In this document: piece by piece, positions 3,596 through 10,350 of the stretch
How the letters are laid out: every line of letters begins with the position of its first letter
Numbering within the stretch: position 1 is the first letter of the stretch
Virus record (IMG/VR): IMGVR_UViG_3300032086_002076
Location: 1 to 10,350 of that record
DNA length: 10,350 nt
Strand: one strand, 5' to 3'
DNA from: a virus
Lineage: Duplodnaviria; Heunggongvirae; Uroviricota; Caudoviricetes
The notes under the pieces: generated by a model
Seen by the model: only the letters and a program-made list of their open reading frames with translations
Told to the model about the DNA's origin: nothing
The model's database searches: none
Translations under genes and position numbers: made by a program

Positions 3596-4812
3596 TGTGC
3601 GTATTCTCCTCTTGGAAATATTCTTAAAACATTCTTTTCAGGTGCTATAAGAAGTGTTCTATCTTCTGGGGCTTCTGGTACTGGGAAGTTTGAACCCCCT
3701 AATACTAAAGCTGTACCAAAAGCTAAAGTAGATGGTATTCCTTCTGGGAATATACTCTGTGAAGAGATACCTACGTTTGAATTACCGAAGATTATACTAC
3801 TAGGTATACCTGTTGATACAATCTCTTTACTAGAATTCAGTGTCAGGGTTGATGTACCAAAGGTTATAGAACCTACTATACTAGGTGTAGAAATACTTTG
3901 AGAAGTCTCTTTACTAAACTGTGTATCACCAAAAGCTAGACTTGAAGATATTCCCTCTGGTTCCAACACTTTAGGTGTTTTACTAATTGTAGCATTACCA
4001 AAAGCTACCCTAGAAGGTATTGCAAAAGGTCTGATAACTTTCTGTACAAAAACAGTAGGTGTTCCTACTACTGATGTTGAAGCTATTCCTTCACTTTCTA
4101 TGACCTTACTACTTTCTTTAGTGTAGGTTGCTGTACCAAACCTGTTATCACTTGGTATACCTACTGGTCTTATTGTTTGACTAGTCTTAAAAATTAAAAC
4201 AGTACCGAACTTCAATGTTGAAGGAATACCTGCTGGAGATATTTGATTAGGGACTGTTAAAGTTAAAGTACTATTACCAAAAGCTAAAGTAGAAGGTATA
4301 CTTGGTGTAGTAATCGTATTACTTACAGAGTTACTTAATGTACTGTCACCAAAGAGAGTACTACTAGGTATACCACTTGCTGTGATACTTAACGGAGCAC
4401 TATTGGCTACAGTTGAAGTACCAAAAGCTACAGTTGAAGAAATACTTAAAGGTTCTAAAACCTGACTCTCTTCTATACTGATTGTAGTGTCACCAAAACT
4501 TAAAGTAGATGCTATACCTACTGGTGATATACCTGAGATTTGCTGATTGGTTACAGTAGCATTACCAAAAGCGGTAGTTGGTGCGATACCTAAAGGTAGA
4601 ATATTAAACTCTGAACCTTTAGTTATCGTTGTGTTACCAAACTGTAAAGTAGACGCTATACTTTCTGGTGATATCTGTAAAACACTAGGTTGTGTAAGAG
4701 TAGCATTACCAAAAACCAGACCAGAAGGAATACCCTCTGGTGCTATTGGTTCAGAGTTGCTTGAGAAATAATCCCCACCTGTGGCAGAGTTATCTTTAAA
4801 ATAATATCTCAT
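3592..4812 (-). CDS. 406-aa repeat protein, putative fibre 'rope'/ruler
   Basis: 15 tandem repeats I-x-P-x-G-I-x-S-x-x-x-F-G-x-x-T, S/T-rich; SD AGGAG. Confidence 0.85.
   Translation of the reverse strand: MRYYFKDNSATGGDYFSSNSEPIAPEGIPSGLVFGNATLTQPSVLQISPESIASTLQFGNTTITKGSEFNILPLGIAPTTAFGNATVTNQQISGISPVGIASTLSFGDTTISIEESQVLEPLSISSTVAFGTSTVANSAPLSITASGIPSSTLFGDSTLSNSVSNTITTPSIPSTLAFGNSTLTLTVPNQISPAGIPSTLKFGTVLIFKTSQTIRPVGIPSDNRFGTATYTKESSKVIESEGIASTSVVGTPTVFVQKVIRPFAIPSRVAFGNATISKTPKVLEPEGISSSLAFGDTQFSKETSQSISTPSIVGSITFGTSTLTLNSSKEIVSTGIPSSIIFGNSNVGISSQSIFPEGIPSTLAFGTALVLGGSNFPVPEAPEDRTLLIAPEKNVLRIFPRGEYAQ
3703..4746 (-). repeat. 15 x 22-24-aa tandem protein repeat (aa 23-370 of the 406-aa ORF)
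   Basis: Units begin IAPEG, ISPES, ILPLG, ISPVG, LEPLS, ITASG, ITTPS, ISPAG, IRPVG, IESEG, IRPFA, LEPEG, ISTPS, IVSTG, IFPEG, each with FG (VG in unit 10) at positions 12-13. Confidence 0.9.
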
Positions 4813-4817
4813 CTAAA

Positions 4818-7800
4818 CTACTCCTGTACTGTTACTGGTAAAAAACCTCCAAGCGTTTTATCCACTGAGTCTAAACATAGTAAAACATGAGAACCTAAAC
4901 TAGAACTCAAGTTACTGATAGTAAAGTTACCTGAACCATCTGTAGTACCTGAACCGAAGTCTGATATAACATTACCGTTAAACAACCACCAATCGAAAGA
5001 AACGCTTGCTGCTGGATTTTCATCAGCACCTATAAAAGTACCTGTAGCTGAACGTACTGTTGTTTCAGTAACTGTTAGCTGTGCTGTATCTTGTCCAGTA
5101 TTACTTGCTGAGTCAGTCGCAGAGAAAGTTACAGTATGTACACCCGCTGGTATAGGGTCTCCTAAAGAAGCTATGTCGCTTGTAACTACTGGAGTAGCTG
5201 GTGCTGTCTCATCTGTAGCTGAAGCTGTAGCTAACCAACTTGTTAGACCTGTATCATTCTGTGCTAGACCTGCACCACCATTTGCAAAGAATAGTTCAGT
5301 ATCATTCGGTGCTGTAACAATAGGGTCTGTTGTGTCTGCTGCTCCTGCACCTGAATCTACTCTCATAGCAAAGACAGAAGTTTTATCTGTAGGTAAACCA
5401 GAAGTGAAAGTTAAAGTCTCTGCTGCTGCATCAGCACCAAAAGATTTGTAAGCCATGATACCTTGGTTATTAGTACCATTAGTTACAACACCACCACTTT
5501 GAGTATATGTACCTTCTACAGTCCATGTAGCATTTGTCTTAGAACAACCACAGAAAGCTAGACCTAAGCTGTTAGTTTTAGGAACTAAAGTAAAAGTACA
5601 GTCTTGTGAATTATCTACTGTTGCTGCATCATAGTCAACATCAATAGTATTAACAGAGAAAGAAGCTAAATCTACATTTTCTACCAAGGCTGCAAGTACA
5701 TGACCAGAAGAAGTCGAAGGACTAGCTCCTGTGAAACTAATTGTAGCGTTAGCAATATTAGCTAAGTCAGATTCTAAGATGTAACCTGCTATTACTGTGA
5801 AAGTAGAACTTGCATCATTTCTTGCTGGTTCTATTAAAGTTAAAGCTTGTGTACCTATAGATACTGCTGTGATAGCTGTAGCTGCTGATGTTTCAAAGTT
5901 GAAAACAACTATTAAAGCTCTGTCTGAAGCATTAGTACTCGCTGAGATAGGGAAAATAGGTAAAGTGTAAACACTAGCATTACCAGCCATATCACCAATA
6001 AGTTGTACAGGACCACCTGAAGGGGCTTCTGTTACTGTTACCGAATGTTTCTGAGAATTACCAGACTCACCAGTCTCATTAGCTCCGAACGCTGATATCT
6101 TAGTTGTATCTACTGCTCTTATAACATACTCATGAACACCACCTGAAACACCTGTTAAAACACCTTTCAAACCTGTGAAAGATAAAACTGGTGTAGATAA
6201 ATCGCTTGTCTCGTAGACATTAAATTTAGAGATAGTGTCTCTTCTTGTTGAACGGTATCTACCAATTCTGAAAGTGACTTCACCATCTGCTGTAGCAGTG
6301 GCTGCACTTCTTAGAGGTGGTACTGTTCTACCTTTTTGACCCCAAATATATTCAGAGAAAGATTCTCCTACTTGAGCAAAACCTCTGTCACCATCGACAA
6401 TACCATCAAAAGTTACAGGGTTAGAACCTACTACTGGGTTCCTTACGGGTAAGTTATCTTTGTAGTACCCTCTACACCTTTCAGCAATAAACTCTTCTTC
6501 AGGATGAGGCCAACACCACTCTCCTGTATCGTCTTGCCAACCAGCATCATTAGGTAAAACATTTAAAGGTGCTTTGTAAGATGTGATATTAGCACCGTAA
6601 CCTAATGCGGCTAAAGGAGAACCTTCTTCTATTCTAGGTAAGTAATCCCAACCATTTGTATCTGGATTTGTTGTTAATAAGTTTGAAACAGTCCAAGCTG
6701 TACCGTGTGGGTCTGTATTTGTAAAACCATAGTTCCAAGAATTAGTTAATGAACTACCATTAGCACTACCTGTGTTAGATAACAAACCACCTACATCATC
6801 TACTGATACACCATTCCAACCTAATTGGTGAAATATAATATTTGTAAGTGTTAAGTCATTAGTTGAGTTAGAAGCACGTATGAAAGTGGCCGGACCACCA
6901 TCGTAAGTTGTACAGTTACCAAAACTAGACTTATCTAGAGTTAATACTGAATCCATTCCAAATAACACAGCACTTGTAGAACCTGTTTGAGGTGTAATCG
7001 TATTAGTTACATCCCAAGCTACCAAGTCTGAAGCTACTATATCTGAAGTTAAAGCATTACCATCTGAAGTACAAAATACTAGGTCGCAATTTAAAGCACC
7101 ATTGGCTTTGAAAACTGTACCTTCTGGGTATGACTCATTCCCTGTAGCAGGGAAAGCATAAACACCAGCATAGTTTTTGTAGAAAGGAACTTTATCTTCT
7201 TGGTCAGCATCTATTACCCAGTTATTAGCTATCATAGCAAACTTAGAAGAATAGTGAGTTAAACCACCTCTAGGTTGGTCTCCATGATATTCATCCATTC
7301 TAAGGATATTACCCCTAGCAATAGTGTAGTCTATCATGTTACCGAATTGCATTTGGTATCTAGCTTGACCAAAAGAGTAACAATGTTGAACTGTTGTATA
7401 ATCCCCTTGTAAGTACATTGCAGCTACTGAACCATAAGGCTGAGCGGCTTCTGTAAATGTTTGAGGGTTTTGTGCATATCCTGAGTCTGTAGCACCACAC
7501 AAGTCAAATATCTGATTTGCTGATTGACATATTACTGCTTGTCTGTTACCACCTTTCCATTCTAAACCACCCCACTTAACGTAAGGTTGAGGTGTTGTTA
7601 CACCACCTAGAATTTCAAGTAACTCATCTTGTCTTTGTATACTATCATGTGCTTCACCATCAATAATAGTGAAACCTTGTGACATAATAGTTGTCATCTG
7701 TGTAGCAGTACCTGCTGGAACATCTCCACCAAAAGTATCTGCAAACGTATTTTCGTAACTACCATTAGCTGTCACTGAAGCAAAGACAGTACCTTCTGGT

Positions 7801-8990
7801 ACAATCAAAGTATCTCCAGCATTAAAGATAGATTCTAAAATACCAATTCTTATATAAGGACTTACAGTATCCACACCTAAATTAACTATCTTAGATGTTC
7901 CTGTATTATCTACATGTATAACGAATCTAGCTTTTTCAGCTTCTCCGTCATCATTAGAACAACCTATAGAAACCTTTACACCTTGACCTCTTGGTAAACC
8001 TGTTGTATCCCAAGACATCTCACCTGTTTCTGGGTGGATAGTAAAACCTTCTGGACCGTATTCTTTAAACCAAAAAACATCTGAACTAGCACTAAGAGTA
8101 GCAGTAGCTGTATAGGTAGAACCTAAAGTTACTACAACATTTGGTATAGTGTTAATTGCTGGAGCTGGTGGTGGAACTGGAGCATCATAGGCTCTGTATT
8201 CATCAGGTTCACCAACTATGAATAAGTTATCACCATTAGTGAAAGTTACACCTTCTGGTTGTGTGAATTCTGAAATATCTATCTGTGAAAGGACATTACC
8301 ATTGTTAGGGTCTACTTGAATCAGCTCTCTACCTCTGTGAGATAGAATTACTACTGTTCCTGTAGGTTGGTGGAAAGTGATACCTGAAAGGTCAAATTGT
8401 GAACCTGTAGCACCTAATGAAGCAAAAGCTACTTCTGGGTCAAATGGTTCTGTTACTACTAACTCTGCATCATTGTAAGTGTAACTTGTGTTTTGATTTA
8501 CAGGTCTAACTACTTTGTAGAACTTTCTAGGAGTATTAGCTTGTTCACCTTCACCGACACCATAGAAGATACTATTAACTCTATCGTAACAAACACCTTC
8601 AAGACCTGAGTTATTATCTATACCGTTAGCAGCTAATTGGTAACCAGCTAAAACTGTAACTTGTTGTGCTGTAACATCTGTAGTACCTGCTGGTATTGAT
8701 ATTACGTGAATGTAGTATCTACCACCATTCTCAGTAGCAACACCCCACTCATTGTTACCCATATAACAAAGACCCTCTGTATCCGAACCGTTATCTAGGT
8801 TAGGTAAGTTAATCGTTCTTATACGAGTATTTAAATCTGTTCTTGCAAATTCATGTATTGTAGCTGCGTTGTTTTGTACAAAATAGATAGAATCTGTGTC
8901 ATCATTGTAACCAACACCTGAAGTATTACCCCCTAGGCCAAAATTACCTAAAGTACCAACTGGTGTGTATTGTGATAAGTCTATTGACAT
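4818..8990 (-). CDS. 1390-aa multidomain virion adhesin/fibre-tip candidate: YjiK/SdiA-regulated-like beta-propeller, Ig/cadherin-like domain, beta-helix, FN3-like, beta-sandwich, HYR-like Ig, small C-terminal domain
   Basis: aa 1-270 blade motifs SGVGY, DTEGLCY, GLEGVCY, DLSGITF, QPEGVTF..GDNLFIVGEP; PVPPPAP linker; GPEGFTIHPETGEMSW; GDTLIVPEGT to IEEGSPL; EYVIRAVD..ESGNS; DTTDPIVTAP..TVTFSATDSASN. SD AAGGAGG; no signal peptide. Confidence 0.85.
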   Translation of the reverse strand: MSIDLSQYTPVGTLGNFGLGGNTSGVGYNDDTDSIYFVQNNAATIHEFARTDLNTRIRTINLPNLDNGSDTEGLCYMGNNEWGVATENGGRYYIHVISIPAGTTDVTAQQVTVLAGYQLAANGIDNNSGLEGVCYDRVNSIFYGVGEGEQANTPRKFYKVVRPVNQNTSYTYNDAELVVTEPFDPEVAFASLGATGSQFDLSGITFHQPTGTVVILSHRGRELIQVDPNNGNVLSQIDISEFTQPEGVTFTNGDNLFIVGEPDEYRAYDAPVPPPAPAINTIPNVVVTLGSTYTATATLSASSDVFWFKEYGPEGFTIHPETGEMSWDTTGLPRGQGVKVSIGCSNDDGEAEKARFVIHVDNTGTSKIVNLGVDTVSPYIRIGILESIFNAGDTLIVPEGTVFASVTANGSYENTFADTFGGDVPAGTATQMTTIMSQGFTIIDGEAHDSIQRQDELLEILGGVTTPQPYVKWGGLEWKGGNRQAVICQSANQIFDLCGATDSGYAQNPQTFTEAAQPYGSVAAMYLQGDYTTVQHCYSFGQARYQMQFGNMIDYTIARGNILRMDEYHGDQPRGGLTHYSSKFAMIANNWVIDADQEDKVPFYKNYAGVYAFPATGNESYPEGTVFKANGALNCDLVFCTSDGNALTSDIVASDLVAWDVTNTITPQTGSTSAVLFGMDSVLTLDKSSFGNCTTYDGGPATFIRASNSTNDLTLTNIIFHQLGWNGVSVDDVGGLLSNTGSANGSSLTNSWNYGFTNTDPHGTAWTVSNLLTTNPDTNGWDYLPRIEEGSPLAALGYGANITSYKAPLNVLPNDAGWQDDTGEWCWPHPEEEFIAERCRGYYKDNLPVRNPVVGSNPVTFDGIVDGDRGFAQVGESFSEYIWGQKGRTVPPLRSAATATADGEVTFRIGRYRSTRRDTISKFNVYETSDLSTPVLSFTGLKGVLTGVSGGVHEYVIRAVDTTKISAFGANETGESGNSQKHSVTVTEAPSGGPVQLIGDMAGNASVYTLPIFPISASTNASDRALIVVFNFETSAATAITAVSIGTQALTLIEPARNDASSTFTVIAGYILESDLANIANATISFTGASPSTSSGHVLAALVENVDLASFSVNTIDVDYDAATVDNSQDCTFTLVPKTNSLGLAFCGCSKTNATWTVEGTYTQSGGVVTNGTNNQGIMAYKSFGADAAAETLTFTSGLPTDKTSVFAMRVDSGAGAADTTDPIVTAPNDTELFFANGGAGLAQNDTGLTSWLATASATDETAPATPVVTSDIASLGDPIPAGVHTVTFSATDSASNTGQDTAQLTVTETTVRSATGTFIGADENPAASVSFDWWLFNGNVISDFGSGTTDGSGNFTISNLSSSLGSHVLLCLDSVDKTLGGFLPVTVQE

Positions 8991-9020
8991 TGTAACCTCC
9001 TTGAGAGTATAATTAGAACA

Positions 9021-9040
9021 CAGGGCGCTTTAACACCCTG
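9021..9040 (-). terminator. Hairpin between the 140-aa and 1390-aa genes (weak terminator or processing site)
   Basis: CAGGGTG-TTAAAG-CGCCCTG followed only by TGTTCT. Confidence 0.4.
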
Positions 9041-9051
9041 ATTAAGGGAGA

Positions 9052-9474
9052 TTAAAGTGCAAATATCTTGTTAACACCAGAGTCGAATGTTACATTAATG
9101 TTGTTACCGTCTGGAGAAACTGCTAGACCTGTAGCTGTATCAATGTAAGCTATTAATCTTGAAGTTGCTTCTACACCAGTATCTTGATAGATAACATAAG
9201 CTTCTGCTGCGTCACCTGCTGGTACTGATGGGAATTGTGTGTCATCGGCATCAAAAACACCGTTTAATACAGTTTTACCTGTAAAGTTAGCTGTAGTTGA
9301 GATTCTTGAGTTAGCTGGTACATCAGAAAGGAATTCATGATTAGCTGAATCTAAAGTGTAAGGGTTAGAACCTACTGTTGTGTCAACAAGTACTGCTTTG
9401 ATATTATCTGTTAAAAGGTTAATCCCTGCTGATAACAATGATTCCTTTGCTTTTGGGTATAAAATATTAGACAT
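9052..9474 (-). CDS. Conserved ~140-aa phage virion protein, putative chain-fibre subunit
   Basis: LYPKAKESLL..IN...D.IKAVLVD...HEFLSD...GVFDADD..F...YQDTG...TSRLIAYIDTATGL...NKIF.L is a recognisable phage family usually found next to repeat and adaptor genes (from recall). SD AGGAG. Confidence 0.85.
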   Translation of the reverse strand: MSNILYPKAKESLLSAGINLLTDNIKAVLVDTTVGSNPYTLDSANHEFLSDVPANSRISTTANFTGKTVLNGVFDADDTQFPSVPAGDAAEAYVIYQDTGVEATSRLIAYIDTATGLAVSPDGNNINVTFDSGVNKIFAL

Positions 9475-9511
9475 TATTAGTCTCCTAAGTTTTATTTATT
9501 TATAGAACAGC

Positions 9512-9540
9512 AAAAAGTCCCACACCCGAAAGTGCGGAAC
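9512..9540 (-). terminator. Intrinsic terminator
   Basis: GTTCCGCACT-TTCG-GGTGTGGGAC followed by TTTTT. Confidence 0.8.
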
Positions 9541-9578
9541 ATCATTGTTCTAACTGGTTATTTTGAGGGGAACCCTCT

Positions 9579-9812
9579 TTAAGACTCTGCTATTAATTTC
9601 ATGAGTCTTTGTTTTTCAGCTTTAGCTTCGGCTGCTCTAATATCTTGTTGTCTTCTCTTTTCTTCTTTCTCTTTCTTGAGTTCAGGAGTTTCAAATACTT
9701 GTTCGTATTTTTCCATATACTCTTTACTGAGAGGTCTAAAACCAAAGCTACCCCAAGAATAGAGCTTTCCAACTCTTTCTGCTGATGTTGAACCACCTTT
9801 CTTCATCTTCAT
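9579..9812 (-). CDS. Hypothetical 77-aa basic, helical protein
   Basis: TAATG stop/start overlap with the upstream gene; K/E/R-rich C-terminal helix. Confidence 0.65.
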   Translation of the reverse strand: MKMKKGGSTSAERVGKLYSWGSFGFRPLSKEYMEKYEQVFETPELKKEKEEKRRQQDIRAAEAKAEKQRLMKLIAES

Positions 9813-10207
9813 TATTTCACCGTTTTCACAGGTTGTGATGAGACTACTGGTGTGTTGTCTTCTTCTTTCTCTTCAGACTTACCTTTAGGTTTTTCCCCAA
9901 GTTTGTCTTTTTCATTAGCTATAGATTTAGCTAATAATTCTTTCATAGCTGCAAGTCTGATACTGTAAGGTACATTATCTTTCTCACTTGTACCTAATTT
10001 TTTTGTATCATTTTCAGCTAAAGCTATAAGTCCATCTACAGCCATTTCTGCCCAACTGTCCATAGCTAATTGAGCTTTCATTAGAGATGATTTATTTCTA
10101 GAACCCTTTGGTCTACCTCCTCTATTAATGAGGTGTGGGTTGGCTGCAAAACCTTTTGGTTTCTCACCATCTTTACCGTAGGGGCTTTTTTCGTCTTCTT
10201 CAGACAT
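9812..10207 (-). CDS. Terminase-small-subunit-like protein (DUF5681-type GRPKG motif)
   Basis: KGFAANPHLINRGGRPKGSRNK followed by predicted helices; SD AGGAGG. Confidence 0.7.
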   Translation of the reverse strand: MSEEDEKSPYGKDGEKPKGFAANPHLINRGGRPKGSRNKSSLMKAQLAMDSWAEMAVDGLIALAENDTKKLGTSEKDNVPYSIRLAAMKELLAKSIANEKDKLGEKPKGKSEEKEEDNTPVVSSQPVKTVK

Positions 10208-10252
10208 AGAGACCTCCTGTTTGATTTGTATATAATTATGGGGTTATTAGGC

Positions 10253-10307
10253 GCAGGAAAAGGCCATGTATTATAGACGGAGGAAATCTGACACGACCTT
10301 CTCCCGC
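10253..10307 (-). promoter_or_regulatory. 17-bp RNA hairpin with a CCUCC (anti-SD) loop upstream of the terminase-small-like gene
   Basis: GCGGGAGAAGGTCGTGT pairs fully with ACATGGCCTTTTCCTGC (13 Watson-Crick, 4 G.U). Inner stem AGAT/GTCT closes the loop TTCCTCC. Confidence 0.6.
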
Positions 10308-10350
10308 TAAAAATATAGAAATGGGTATTGTGAACCTAATATGATAACAT

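Noticed and set aside
3703-4746. CRISPR array or DNA-level tandem repeat
   Set aside because: The periodicity is at protein level; nucleotide units are divergent and in frame, with no identical repeats or spacers.
1805-4820. Amber (TAG) stop-codon reassignment
   Set aside because: TAG ends three genes at sensible boundaries (next SD or terminator), long ORFs are intact in code 11, and no CUA-anticodon tRNA was seen.
3246-5451. Plus-strand ORFs 3246-3527, 3557-3901, 4547-4771 and 5173-5451
   Set aside because: Antisense shadows of well-supported minus-strand genes; no RBS or recognisable motifs.
9599-9796. 65-aa alternative-frame ORF
   Set aside because: Nested in the 77-aa ORF, which has TAATG coupling to the upstream gene.
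10270-10300. sigma70 promoter from TATAAT at 10275-10270
   Set aside because: No recognisable -35 hexamer at 16-18 nt; the hexamer lies in the hairpin loop region.

Overview
AT-rich segment of a lytic tailed-phage genome; every supported gene is on the minus strand. The host is not identifiable. In transcription order (right to left): (1) a GRPKG-motif, small-terminase-like gene and a coupled 77-aa basic protein; (2) a four-gene virion module of a 140-aa protein, a 1390-aa multidomain adhesin, a 406-aa protein with 15 tandem ~24-aa repeats and a 101-aa KDPxxxLxYxFDWxxWL protein, closed by an intrinsic terminator; (3) two near-consensus sigma70 promoters driving a cluster of 18 tRNA genes (17 complete, one cut by the window edge). 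The cluster is interrupted by an acidic 72-aa ORF, a TM/coiled-coil/PAS protein and several spacers that fold back on themselves. The main points of interest are a probable 'beads-on-a-rope' fibre system with a bacterial-type adhesin anchored by its C terminus, a tRNA-Gly with the very rare ACC anticodon, a stand-alone membrane PAS protein with T4-holin-like architecture, structured inter-tRNA RNAs, and anti-Shine-Dalgarno elements upstream of a candidate late-promoter motif. All family assignments come from motif recognition by eye; no searches were run.
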